NCBI GenBank assembly: GCA_951406725.2
Contig: OX597831.1
Coordinates: 44,888,001 to 44,952,000, forward strand
Direction: 5' to 3'
Length of the DNA: 64,000 bases
From: Octopus vulgaris
Taxonomy: Eukaryota
Positions 1 to 14,789 of the stretch are shown here, in pieces (within the stretch, counting starts at the first letter, position 1; every line of letters starts with the position of its first letter). A program made the position numbers and the translations under genes. Under the pieces are notes generated by a model. That model saw nothing but the letters and a program-made list of their open reading frames with translations. It did no database searches and was not told where the DNA came from.

Positions 1-128
1 ATACATATATAATTATACACACACACACAAACACACACACACACACGCACATTGTACTCTGCACAGTTGTACTCTGCACAGTTGTACTCTACACAATCAT
101 CAGCTGGATGATTATTTTGGTAGAATAA

Positions 129-345
129 GGCGGCGAGCTGGCAGAAACGTTAGCACGCCGGGCGAAATGCTTAGCAGTATTTCGTCTGTCGCTACGTTCT
201 GAGTTCAAATTCCGCCGAGGTCGACATTGCCTTTCATCCTTTCGAGGTCGATAAATTAAGTACCAGTTGCGTACTTGTGTCGATCTAATTGACTGACCCC
301 CCGCCCCCAAATTTTCGGGCCTTGTGCCTAGAGTAGAAAAAGATT
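129..345 (+). mobile_element. tRNA-derived SINE with Nin/Deu-like central domain
   Basis: Head GGCGGCGAGCTGGCAGAA, B-box-like GAGTTCAAATTCC and core GTCGAC..GCCTTTCATCCTTTCG.GGTCGATAAATTAAGTACCAG. Many further copies occur in the window. Confidence 0.85.
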
Positions 346-438
346 ATTTTGGTAAAATGATGTCTACAACAGGTGTACACTCGTTTCACTTTCAAAGATT
401 TTCAAGCAGTAAAATAAAGATGGTTTAATCTTATCTTA

Positions 439-742
439 TCTTTATATATAAAAGTGAAGTTGTGTGAGTGTCTGTCTCCTACGATTTAGATTCCTAACTA
501 CTCCCACATTTTGCGGTGCAGTTTAACCAAAACCGGGTATCTTATAGTCGTGATTCATATCGAGCCCTTCTGGGTATTAGCGCGCGTCTACGATGAGTCT
601 ACGATTAAAAAAAAAAATTACCATAATTTTTTCCCATTTTTAATGCATTTTTTTTGCTATTATATAAGGGAAGTAACTCTCTAAAAATGCTTATGTAGTT
701 ATTTCACTTACAAACCCGAGCAACGCCGGGCGATACTGCTAG
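439..742 (+). mobile_element. Non-autonomous Helitron
   Basis: Starts A|TC, ends CTAG|T. GC-rich hairpin CCCGAGCAACGCCGGG (715-730) lies just upstream of the 3' end. No TSD. Same family as 8783-9998. Confidence 0.85.
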
Positions 743-1252
743 TCTAATATATAGTTCAGTTTTGTGTCAGTAATTCAAACAAAATAAAATAGAAGACGTT
801 TAGATAGAAGTTCTCTTTTCTATTAAGGCACAGATGCTGTTAAAAGATATCGAGGACGGTAAGGAACGGCACATTGCGGTATCATATATTAAAAAAAAAA
901 AGGTGGCGCGGAGGCAGGAGAAAAACTAAACAAAAAGTAAATAATTTTAAGAAAAGTTATCGAAAAGAAGAGAAGGAGCTGCGGGCTACTCGTGGAATCT
1001 TCCCAAAAACTACGGTCACCCTGATGGGCACCCTCTCCTAAACGTCCTCCTCCGATCAACATAGGATTACAGGGCAGGTCCGTTCACTCGGGCATGCTCA
1101 AGATATTTGCTGAAAAGCAGCGTTTCTCTCTTCATCTTCATCTTCATTTTCCTTTCCAAGTCAAGCATTTCTTCACGGTAGGATCACCCCACCTCACTTA
1201 TTTTTATTGCTTTTTCCTTCTGTTTTTTCTTTCTTTCTTTCTTTTTTTCTGC

Positions 1253-2183
1253 CAAGGCAAGGCGAACGTTTCTAGTCATATACATTATTATTATTGGTAA
1301 AAAGATTCAAAGTCTTACAGCTGTTTCTGGGATATCCCAGAGTATAGGATATTCCGGCATCGGAGACAAATAGGGTATAGATTAATGAAATGATGACATA
1401 GAGGATGGGAGTAAAGGAAGTGGAAGCACTCCGTCGGTAACGACGATGAGGGTTCCGGTTGATCCGAATAAACGGAACAGCCTGCTCGTGAAATTAACGT
1501 GTAAGTGGCTGAGCACTCCACAGACACGTGCACCCTTAACGTAGTTCTCGGGGATATTCAGCGTGACACAGAGAGTGACAAGGCCGGCCCCTTGAAATAC
1601 AGGTACAACAGAAACAGGAAGTAAGAGTGAGAGAAAGTTGTGGTGAAAGAGTACAGCAGGGATCACCACCATCCCCTGCCGGAGCCTCGTGGAGCTTTTA
1701 GGTGTTTTCGCTCAATAAACACTCACAACGCCCGGTCTGGGAATCGAAACCGCAATCCTATGACCGCGAGTCCGCTGCCCTAACCACTGGGCCATTGCGC
1801 CTCCACAGTAAAGGAAGAAGGAAATGAAGAAGGAGAAGAAAAAAGAAGCATAAAAGTTAACAGTTCAACTTTCCGATCTTGTAGAAATAAGTCCATAAGT
1901 CCTTACGCAGGATTGCACCTAAGGACTTATGAACTTATTTCTACAAGATCGAAAAGTTGAGCTGTGAACTTTTACGCTTCTTTTTTCTTCTCTTTCTTCA
2001 TTTCCTTATTACTTTACTCTTGTCCTCTATGTCGTCATTTCATTAATCTGTACCCTTCTCCTTTTCCCTAGTTGTACCCGATGACGGAATATCCCACACT
2101 CTGGGATATCCTAGAAACAGCTGTAAGACTTTGAATTTTTTTTCCAATAATAATGATGTATATAACTTGAGATGTTTGCCTTG
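1253..2183. repeat. Foldback palindrome of a Penelope pLTR-like sequence, interrupted by a SINE
   Basis: 1253-1420 plus 1818-1905 is the reverse complement of 1920-2183, with the loop at about 1906-1919. The arms carry a degenerate hammerhead CCGATGA..GATATCC..GAAACAGCTGTA. Confidence 0.75.
1421..1806 (-). mobile_element. tRNA(Arg)-like SINE, full length, with TSD
   Basis: Minus-strand head GGAGGCGCAATGGCCCAGTGGTTAGGGCAGCGGACTCGCGG...GGTTTCGATTCC. The 11-bp TSD AGTAAAGGAAG is at 1410-1420 and 1807-1817. Confidence 0.85.
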
Positions 2184-2382
2184 CGTTAACGTTTGATGTC
2201 CTCTTTAACAATTATATATTTGCTATATTGGAAATCTGCAATGGCTCAATAACTACCGACCCGGCTATAACCTTGGAGCCCTAGTAATCCGTTACAGCTC
2301 TTACAAAGCGTACCTAGTCGTTTAGATCACCAGTGAACTAAACCCCGATATTTTGTATATATATATATATACACACACACAC

Positions 2383-2537
2383 GACGGGTTATTTTTCAGT
2401 TTCCGTCGACCAAATCCAATCACAAGGCTTTGGTCGGCCCGAGGTTATAGAAAACATTTGCTCAAGGTGCCACGTAGTGGGACTGAACCGGAAACAATGT
2501 GGTTGGGAAGCAAACTTCTTACCACACAGCCACACCT
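2383..2537 (-). mobile_element. SINE head (family of 60621-61030)
   Basis: Reverse complement of GGTGTGGCTGTGTGGTAAGAAG...GGTTCAGTCCCACT...GACGGAAACTGAAA. Confidence 0.75.
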
Positions 2538-2830
2538 ATTCAAACAGCAACGCCTGCATGCCTTTCAAGGAAAAGGGCACCAAGGACAAAATTATTAATG
2601 ACAATTCAATATGTTGTCTCTCCGCCCCCAAACGCTTGTTTATAACACCGAGATTTTGTGAGTTAAACATCTGCTGGTTCTATTGATTTGAGCGATCAGA
2701 CTTTTGCTGACGTCAGACTTTGACAGCATGCTGTTTATGTAATTATTTTTAACATGAAAATACAGTGGTTCGGATTCGCTTCTTAGGCCGTTAGTTGGTG
2801 TTTGGCCCGTTAATTGGTGTTCCTGCTGCA

Positions 2831-3145
<315 letters not shown>

Positions 3146-3194
3146 TTATCTATATTATTATTTGTTTGAACGCCACGCATACATTTCCAAGTAA

Positions 3195-3800
3195 GTTTCT
3201 CTTAATCCTTTTGATGCGACCCTACTCTATACGGTTTTCTCTCTCATCCTTTCTCTATTTTCCTTTTTTCCTCTCCTTCAGAGTTCTCTATCTGACTAAG
3301 GGCGCCCCCTCTTTCACCTTTACTCATTCTCGTTGCTCACACGTCACCATCGTCCATCTTTCTTTTCCTCATGTGATCATCTTTGTTTTCTTTCAGGGCT
3401 GTCCTAAGGACTGGACGTATCCTATATCTCTCTCATCTATCCTTTCTCTTGTCAAAGAAAATATTTCTCCAGCGTTCGCTATTTTACCTCCGTTCTGGTC
3501 TAACGACCTTCCATGTTTTTTTTCGTTCGGTTTCCTTGTATGTCTCCACTGTCCTGATTTTGTCCCCAACTTTGACACTCCATAAATCCCAAATTTTATT
3601 TTAGTACTTAGGGGAGCAACTGCCCTTGGAAACTCATATTGTCGTTCAATACTCGAAATGAGTAGTAGATAGACAACCGACAACTGATGAAGGGTCGTTC
3701 TTTACGTTACTTTTCATGTTTTCCATTTGTTTCTCTCGTTGTTTGCGTATTGAACTCATTGTTTTCGTATTTCATGTTGTTTACTACTGGTGATGTCCTG
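3195..3800 (+). repeat. Unclassified pyrimidine-rich interspersed repeat, probably a retroelement terminus, with hammerhead-like motif
   Basis: Bounded by TA microsatellites. Contains CCCTTGGAAACTCAT...ATGAGTA...CTGATGAAGGG (3623-3694). Confidence 0.4.
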
Positions 3801-3892
3801 TACACATATATGCCTCTGTGTGTGTGTATAAATATATATATGTGTGTGTGTGTGTATGTATATATATGTATAAATATGTATAAATATATATG

Positions 3893-3925
<33 letters not shown>

Positions 3926-4229
3926 GTATATATGTATGTATATATGTATATATGCATATATATATATAAATTATATTATCACACACACACACATATATAT
4001 GTCGTAATTGTTTATTTTGATCGTTTTATTTCATTTTATCAATTACCGTTTTTTTATAATTGTATTAATTTCTAATTTATCCCTTTAATTTTTATTTTTT
4101 TATCTTGTATCTTATTTTTATTTATTTTTATTATTCAAAAATTTTTTATTTCTGTATTTATTAATTTTATTTTTTCATCTTGTATTTTCCCTCTTTTCTC
4201 TATTATTTTTATCAATCTTTATTTTATTT

Positions 4230-5425
4230 TATATACACACACACGCACACATACATATACACACGTACATACACACACATACGCGCACGCGCGCACACAC
4301 ACAAACGCACATATACCTCCCGCACACACCACACACACACACACACAACACACATATACACACACACACATGTACATACACACACATACATACACATACG
4401 CATACACACACGCATACACATACGCACATACACGCGCATACACGCACATACACGCACATACACGTACACACACACGTGTACATGCACACGCACGCACACA
4501 TACGCGCGCGCGCAAACGCGCGCACACGCACGTACACAAGAACACACATATACCTTCAGACACTCAACCCTACGCACACACTCACATACACACACGCACA
4601 CACACAAGCACACATACGCACACACGTATACATACACACGCACTCACTCATAAGCACACATTCACGTAGACAGACATGAATGCACATATACATCCCGCAC
4701 ACACCACATACACACAATACACACATACATGTACACTCACTCACACGTACATACACGCAAACACACACATTAACACACGCCTACACACATGCTCATATAC
4801 GTACACAAACACACGCACGCATACATACACACATATACACGCGCACACACCCAACTACACGCATATGCACGTACACACATACACACATACACAAACGCAT
4901 ACACGCGCGTACACGCACAGGAACGCACATATATCTCCACACACAACTCCACGTACACACAAGAATACACACACCCACATACACGCAAACACATATACAC
5001 GCACACATGCATATACACACGCACACACACACGCACACACACGAACTTGAATACGCATATACCTCCTTCACACACAACACACGCACACAACTCACACAGA
5101 CATGCACACACATATACAGCCGTACATGCATGCACACAATTACATACACATGTGTATACACACACGCACATACACGTACACACACACAGGAACGCACATG
5201 TACTTCTGCACACGCAACCCCACACATAATCCCATGCACACACACACATACACACACGCACATACACACGCGCGCACACAAACACACGCACACACACACA
5301 CACCGACGCACACACATGCACACACGCACATACACTCACGCGCGCACACATAACACACACAAAAAGCACACACACACACACAACATACACAAACACGCAC
5401 ACACATACATACACACACATGCACA
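4230..5425 (+). repeat. Long degenerate CA/CATA/CACG low-complexity tract
   Basis: About 1.2 kb of imperfect CA-based repeats preceded by a T-rich tract. The architecture resembles the 3' UTR of the Neptune element (37090-39290, opposite strand). Confidence 0.85.
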
Positions 5426-5547
5426 CCCTTCAGAGTGCCAGTCAAATACCTTTCTACTGACCATCTACGCACATGTGGAGAAACACACAACTACACAAAA
5501 GACCACCACTACTCTTACAGTAGCTGCTGAATTCTTCCTACATTAAC

Positions 5548-5691
<144 letters not shown>

Positions 5692-6058
5692 TTGAGGGAA
5701 TATTATTCCTAACTTACAGGGAAAAATTCAATTTAAAAATACTAAATCAAATTTCACAAATATAATATATATATATAAATTTAAAAAAAACACAACTTTT
5801 ATCAATTCAAGATGAAAAATTAAATTACACCATCTAGAAAATTACATATAATAGAAATATTAGATATTGATTCCAGTATTTATGGCTTGTACTAGCATTG
5901 TGTATATTAATTGATTTTAAGGTTTTAGTATTAATTGCTTAATGGGTATTAGACTGTACTTGGATGTTTTTTTAAAATAAATATATTAATTAATAATCTG
6001 ATTTAATGTATATAGTTTAAAGTGTTGTATTTAGTTTTCACTTAATGTATATTTAGTA

Positions 6059-6103
<45 letters not shown>

Positions 6104-6440
6104 GAATATATTTATATTTTAAAAGATTATTTACGTATATTTATTAATTAATTATTTTCTTATTGTAGCTATTTTTAACCTGATGAGTGGCTATATTTAT
6201 ATTGAAGTGATTTTACTACTACTGCTAATATTTTTACTATAATCATTTCTTAAATATAGCCACGAAACACGTGTCATTATTCTAGCAAATGCATACGTTT
6301 TATTTATTATTTTGCAAATTACTTAATCATCGGTATATTATTTTTTATCTTATATTTAAAATTTTCTATTATATGTAGATGGTGTAATTTCATTTTTCAT
6401 TTTGAATTGATAAAAGGTGTTTTTTTTCTAATTTATATAT
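5692..6440 (+). mobile_element. Penelope-like pLTR with inverted partial copy
   Basis: 5770-5870 is inverted relative to 6345-6440. 5692-5770 is the reverse complement of 57745-57823. 6120-6440 is homologous to 55950-56265. Contains a hammerhead. Confidence 0.7.
6176..6279 (+). ncRNA. Type I minimal hammerhead ribozyme
   Basis: CTGATGA, 13-bp stem II GTGGCTATATTTA/TAAATATAGCCAC, GAAA, palindromic ACACGTGT, GTC cleavage triplet. The first pair of stem I is mismatched in this copy. Confidence 0.8.
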
Positions 6441-6852
6441 ATACATATATATGTATGTATATATATATATATATATATGTAAGTATGTATATATATAGAC
6501 AGTAACTGCTCCATAACTCATTTAGAGAATTATTATTGCTGTCGAACAGATTTTCGAAATCAGCAAATGTATTTTGCTTGAAAATCTATATATAAATATC
6601 CTGCAGAGTGAGTTGTTCGTCGAGGAAGCGGTGCCTACCATACGTTGATAATAGGCAAACACCTTGAAACCTAGGTCCGTGTGTGGTTTCCGCTTCATCG
6701 GGGAATTATCTCCCTTTGCAAGATAGAGGACGCCGTGATGGTGTCAAGCCTATCTGGCGACGTTGATGTTCGCCTGGGGCTAAATGCAACAGTAACACCC
6801 CCACCACCCTGCCCTGTCCCTAGCCATATTCAGATGGCTTTAGTCCCTTATG

Positions 6853-6910
<58 letters not shown>

Positions 6911-7175
6911 ATATGTCTAAAGGCGGTGCTCCAGCATAGCCGCAGTCGGATGACTGAAACAAGTGAAAGAGTAAATATATATGTATATATAAATATTTAT
7001 ATACTAATATGCATATATATATATACATATATGTACATATAAATATACACACATACATATATGTATTTATAACTATATATATATACTTATATGTACATAT
7101 ATACATATATATACGTGAGTGTGTATATAAATGCATATATATGTATAGATATATAAGTATGTATATATATGTATA

Positions 7176-7234
<59 letters not shown>

Positions 7235-7237
7235 GTA

Positions 7238-7277
<40 letters not shown>

Positions 7278-7278
<1 letters not shown>

Positions 7279-8035
7279 CGGGAAGCTTTATGAAAATAAA
7301 CAAAAGACGAAGGCAGGTGGAAAACAAACGAACAATTGTATTAGTATGGCGCTCAGGAAATATAAATAAAACAAGTCTTTAACGTTTCGAGCCTACCCTC
7401 TTCAACAGAAAGATACACAGAGAGAGAAAAACACAGAAAGAAGGAGAGAAAAAAATGCGTGCAGTAGCTAACGAATCAACATGGCGATCTGATTTCGGCC
7501 AGAGGTCAAAGATCAAACATGAGACGCGAGAGCGAAATAAGGGGAGATAATAGGGTTGATAAAAGGGTTGAGGGACCAGCTAAAAGTGCGTGGGAGGGGT
7601 CTGGATGTGTGTATGTATAGGGTTGGTGTATGTATTAGTATGTATAAGGGTGTGTGTGTGTGTGTGTGTGTGTATGAGAGAGTATTAGTGCGTAAGATTG
7701 GTCTGGACGTGCGTATGTATGGGGTTGGTGTATGTATTAGTATGTATTAGTATGTATTAGTACGTATTGGTATGTATAGGTGTGTGTGTGTGTGTGTGTG
7801 TGAGAGAGTATAAGTACGTATGCGGGATCTGGACGTGTGTATGTATAGGGTTGGTGTAAGTATTAGTATGTACTGGTATGTATTAGTACGTATTAGTATG
7901 TATTAGTTGGTGTGTGTATTAGTATGGCACATCACATATGATGTGATGTGTAAAGTCATGTGGTGTAGTGAGGAGAAGAGGGGGAGGGGGAGAAGAGGGG
8001 GGAGAGAAGGCGAGGGGAAGAAGAGGGGGAGGAGA
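7278..8035 (-). mobile_element. Penelope (Neptune-type) 3' UTR/pLTR fragment
   Basis: Reverse complement of 11030-11480, including the hammerhead-like motif GAAGAG..GGCTCGAAACGTTAAAG. Confidence 0.75.
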
Positions 8036-8656
8036 ATATATATATATACATTGTGTGAGAGGGAGAGAGAGTGAGGTGGAGAGGAAAAGCTTGGAAGCCT
8101 CTTGTGAAATAATTAGACCTGAAGGTATCACAAGGATTAAAATCGCATATACTTTTAAATTATTTTTTAGGTGCCAACGGATTGTGAGGCCCCCTGATTA
8201 GCTCGTACATAAACCCGTTACTGACTTAGCTAAACTGCTTTATGCTTTGTCTCCTTGTTTCAAATAGGAGACATGTTTCCTATTACATTTCTCATTAAAT
8301 TCATTTATAATCAATTAAAATTGCAATGTCATCTCTACTTTTATTTGTTTTTAACAGAATTAGTCAACGGGAAAACGATTGTTCTAAACACCAGGGTGAT
8401 TAGATCAATCATTTTTATTAGTTTAATACTACCTCTCATCTTTATAATCTGCAATATTTTAAACGATAAACATGTTACCCCAAATCTCCGATAAGGCGAC
8501 GAGATGACTAAATCATAGCAGTATTGTAAAAAAGTTCACTTCGCAACCTCGCGTTTTCTGGATTCGATCCATTTTGCATGCAGTAACTTTGACTAACATT
8601 CTGATATTATAGTGTCCGAGCAGTGAAACTGGGTTGACGGAAAGTGTCTAAGCTTG

Positions 8657-9998
<1,342 letters not shown>

Positions 9999-10016
9999 TA
10001 TGTATATATGTATGTC

Positions 10017-10124
<108 letters not shown>

Positions 10125-10129
10125 ACGAC

Positions 10130-11478
10130 CATGACTTTGAGACTCAGTCTCAACGTATGGCTCACCACTTCATCCTACGTGGATACCCCCTCACAACTAT
10201 CCACACCGCCCTTGCCAGAGCACGTTCTGTGGACCGTGTATCTGCTCCCTCTCCCCGAACCCGCCCTGTAGTCTCCCGCCTCCCTTTTCCCCTCCCTTAC
10301 CACCCCACGACCCTACCTCTCCAACGCACCATTCTTCGAGCTTTCCGTCATCTCCAGTCTGACCCGTCCACTTCACACCTCTTCCCTAACCGACCCCTCC
10401 CCTCTTTCAAACGAGCCCATAACCTTCGAGACCTTTTGGTCCATGGCTCCTTCCCTGACCCTACCTTCCAACCTGGCTCTTTTCCCTGCTCCCGCCCACG
10501 TTGCCCCACTTGCCCTTACCTCTCCAACACCACCCTCCTCACTGGCACCCATCACCGACCCTTTCGCATCATCAACTCCTTCACATGCACCTCCAACAAT
10601 ATTATCTATTGCGTCTCTTGCTCTCTCTGCCATTCCTTGTACATCGGACAAATGGGACGCCGCTTGGCTGACCGGTTCGCGGAACACCTTCGTGACATCC
10701 ACCTTGCGAACGACACACCGGTCTCACGCCATTTCCGCTCCACCGGTAACTCCTTGCAACACCTGTCTGTGTTCGGTTAGTCCTTACACAGAGGCCATCC
10801 GGATTCCCGTTTGCGCGTGAACAAGAATTAATCTTCTCTCTTCGCTCTTATATGCCATTTGGTCTCAACTCTCCCCCTCCTCATCTAACCTCCCCCCAAC
10901 CCCTACTTCTCTTCAGTCCTTCATCCTTTCACCCCTACTCCTCTTCCCTTCTTCCCCCTCCTCTTCTCCCCTTTCTTTCTCCCCCTCACCCCCTCCCATC
11001 TCCCCCCTACCTCCTCTCCCCCTTCTCCTCTCTCTACACTACACCATACGACTTTACACATCACATCATATATACATACACACGTCTAGACCTCTCATAC
11101 GCACTAATACTCTCTCATACACACACACACACTCTTCTCATACACACACACTCTTATGTTTGAGCGGGGGTCACTCAACCCTATTATCTCCCCTAATTTC
11201 GCTCTTGTTTGATCTTTGACTTCTGGCCGAAATCAGATCACCATGTTGATTCGCTAGCTTTTGCACGCATATATTTTTTCTCTCCTTCTTTCTGTGTTTT
11301 TTTCTCTGTGTATCTTTCTGTTGAAGAGCGTAGGCTCGAAACGTTAAAGACTTGTTTCATTTATATTTCCTGAGCGCCATACTAATACAATTGTTTGTTT
11401 GTATTCCACCTGCCTTCGTCTTTTGTTTATTTCCGTAAACCTGCCTTCGTCTTTTGTCTATTTTCATAAAGCTTACCG

Positions 11479-11480
<2 letters not shown>
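10130..11480 (+). mobile_element. 5'-truncated Penelope-like element (Neptune-type): thumb, GIY-YIG endonuclease and pLTR
   Basis: ORF 10157-10780 has CSRPRCPTC, SFTCTSNNIIYCVSCSLC, YIGQ.GRRLADRFAEH and PVSRHF, followed by a stop/frameshift. Hammerhead-like motif at 11316-11350. Confidence 0.9.
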
Positions 11481-11562
<82 letters not shown>

Positions 11563-11683
11563 TAAATATAAGAGGGAATTTTTTAACCACTATGTGGAAA
11601 CCCTTATGCTAGAAGAAGATCCGCTATGGTCTCAACCACTAAGAATATATGTATATATATGTATACATATATGTATGTATTAT

Positions 11684-11895
11684 TTTACTTGTTTTCAGTC
11701 ATTTGGCTGCGGCCATGCTGGAGCACCGCCCTTAAAGGGCTTTTTAGTCTAAGAAATTGACCTTAGGGCATATTCTTTGTAAGCCCAGTAATTATTCTAT
11801 CAGTATCTTTTGCCGAACCGCTAAGTAACGATGACGTAGACACACCGACATCTGTTGTCAAGCGATGGTAGCTGGTCAAACGCAGACATAAAGAC
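11684..11895 (-). mobile_element. SINE 3' portion (CR1-type tail family)
   Basis: Reverse complement of GGCGGTGCTCCAGCATGGCCGCAG..TGACTGAAAACAAGTAAA. Confidence 0.7.
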
Positions 11896-11908
11896 ACATA
11901 ATTTTTGA

Positions 11909-11960
<52 letters not shown>

Positions 11961-11967
11961 GTTGTTC

Positions 11968-12041
11968 AGGTCACTGCTTGGAATCGAACTCGGAATCTTG
12001 GGGCTAGTAGCCCGCGCACTTAACCACTACGCCATATGCCC
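11968..12041 (-). pseudogene. tRNA-like short repeat / tRNA pseudogene (anticodon position ACT)
   Basis: GGGCATATGGCGTAGTGGTTAA...GAGTTCGATTCC has A and B boxes, but the acceptor and T stems pair poorly. It is followed by an (AAC)(AAT)n tail. Confidence 0.6.
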
Positions 12042-12056
12042 GTGTTAAAAACAATG

Positions 12057-12120
<64 letters not shown>

Positions 12121-12124
12121 TGAT

Positions 12125-12278
12125 AACATCGAAAAATACCTTAGAGTTGAGAACCCAGGTTCGAAATTTCCCCAAGACACCTGAAGAAGGCTGGAGGGTA
12201 TATCAGCTGAAACGTTGTGTTAACAACAAACAAGATGAGGACGAATATCCGTCGAATGTAAACAATGTAAATAATGTC
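12125..12278 (+). mobile_element. Penelope pLTR fragment with hammerhead-like motif
   Basis: CTGAAGA.GGCTG..CAGCT.GAAAC at 12181-12214, adjacent to (AAT)n. Confidence 0.6.
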
Positions 12279-12339
12279 CGTTTCATCACGTTAATCCCAC
12301 CTGTCCACGAACGGGACACGCAAACACGCACGCCTCGGA

Positions 12340-12710
12340 GGGTTTGCGTCGAACGAATCGACTCTAGGATCCTTTTTCTACCTTTTTTTTTTTAACGTCT
12401 GGTACTTATTCTACGGGTCTCTTTTGCCGAACCGCTAGGTTACAAATTATCAAACGGAAACAAACTATCAGCAGTTGTCCAGCGCGTGGAAAGTGGAAAA
12501 CGCAAACACGCACGCACGCACATTCGCGCGCGCGCACGCACACACACATGTATGCATTTACACGACAGGCTTCTTTCAGTTTCCGTCTACCAACTCCATC
12601 CAGAAGGCCTTGGTCAGCTCGGGGAAGACAATTGCCCAAGAGCGGTCATACAGTCGGACTGAACCCGGGATCATGCGATTGGGATGCAAACTTCTTACTA
12701 CAGCCATGTG
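12340..12710 (-). mobile_element. Degenerate composite SINE (family of 60621-61030)
   Basis: Head at 12560-12710 and body at 12340-12480, separated by a CA/CG tract. Confidence 0.6.
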
Positions 12711-12761
12711 CAAAGCAACAAAATATATTCTAATGAATTCAATGTTTGTAACATAATGCAT

Positions 12762-12802
<41 letters not shown>

Positions 12803-13072
12803 CATGCATGTTTCGTTTTGTCGATGTATATCGACAAAAGATGTAAACTCCGGTGAAAACCCAGAAAAAAGAGAAAATTAGCGCTTTACGTGCTTTACAA
12901 AATCCCTTGAGATATTTGTTTCTCATCGAGTTACAGAAACTCCTTCATGACCCATTTTATGACCAGATATGCTCTGAACCTGGACTAGCCAGTTAGAAGC
13001 CTGTATACAATGAAGATATTGTTCACAAACTGCAATATATAGTTAATGCAGTCTGACAGACCGACAGAAGTC

Positions 13073-13176
<104 letters not shown>

Positions 13177-13991
13177 CAGTCCTGCAGTGAACATTACATC
13201 ATTCATTGGTATGTAGACAATCTGAGGGTCATTTAGCTGCTAATTCTAACAGGTCGAGTCACCGTCAAGAGTCTGTCTTGTTGACTTGTGAAACGTGATT
13301 TGTTAGTTATTCATAATAACGACCGGATAGATTTTTTTTCAAAAAATCATTTATTTGGTTTCCAAGAACGAACTGGAAGAGAGAAAGAAAACAAGGAAGG
13401 AACGAAGAAAGGAAGGAAGGAAGGAAGAGAAAAGTACGAAAAGCTTGTTTATTTCTATAACGCCATTGAAGATATATTCGCCTACATAGACTTTAACTTC
13501 GTATCTACTTAAAAATGATGACCTATAGCTGTCGACCGGTTAAATGTAGCCTATGGCTACATGACCATGGTTTACTGAAATGAATAGGGACAGTCTGTTT
13601 ACTTAGCTCTTTGGTACAGCCGGTATGTGCTGATTCGATCTTTACAGTAATAAAAATAGATTTAGCTTTGTTATTGACAGTCAAACTTTTGTCTTTAGTG
13701 TTGTTATATTTTTGTTGTTGTTGCACAGTGAGATAAAATTGTTCTGCACGCATTTGTTCATTGACCGAGCATTGCTAACTTGTGGAAGCTATGTCGAACG
13801 TTTGCTGTCGCGTGGACGACGGATCTTGCATGCAGCCAAGTCCATCGTGAATCTCTCGCAGCTATTTATTCGTCAGGACGAGGAGGATACTCACCAAACC
13901 ACCACCACCAACAACAACAACAACAGCAGCACCACCAGCACCAGCACCAGCGCCACCACCACCACTACCACCAGCACTACCACCAACAGCG

Positions 13992-14330
13992 AAGAGGCGC
14001 AATGGCCCAATGGTTAGGGCAGCGGAATCGCGGTCGGAGGATCGCGGTTTCGATTCCCAGAACGGGCGTTGTGTGTGTTCATTAAGCGAAAACACCTAAA
14101 GCTCCACGAGGCTCCGGCAGGGGGTGGTGGCGACCCCTGTTGTACTCTTTCGCCCAAACTTTCTCTCACTCTTTCTTCCTGTTTCGTGTCCCCGACTTCC
14201 TACGCAACCGCTGAGCCTGGATGCACATTCATCCATCCGTCGATGCTCTCGGTGTCGGGGGTTGACCTGCTTTCTCTTCTGCGGGTCTTACGAATAGCAA
14301 AGGACCACATTTCGGATTTCTCCCACTACA
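13992..14330 (+). mobile_element. tRNA(Arg)-like SINE with alternative tail
   Basis: First ~185 nt match the head of 1421-1806. The 3' part differs. Inserted in a CAC/CAA trinucleotide tract. Confidence 0.8.
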
Positions 14331-14789
14331 GAGGCGTGATCTTGCGAGCTCTGGGACGAAGACCGCTTCGCTCAACAGCAACAGCGCTCAACAGCAACCA
14401 CCAACAGCACCACCACCACTACTACCAACACCACCACCACCACCACCACCACCACCACCACCACCACCACTATCACACGAAGGAACGGGACGAAGTATGG
14501 CGAAGTCTCTGAAGGGTGAGAGCATAAGAGGAGGAGGGTACAGAGACACATCCAAGGATATAACAAAAGCAACAACAAGCACAAAAGCCACAACTACAGC
14601 CTAATTGGCAAACACTCCACAAACAACAACAGTAGCATCATCATCATCATCATCAACATCAACAACAACAACAATAAAATAACAATATCAGTAGCAAAAC
14701 AACAAGAAAACACAAATACAACAATCAAAACTGAAACAGCAAATACAAAACGTCTCCATCGACTTCACTGTTTTAAGTAAAAACAAAAG

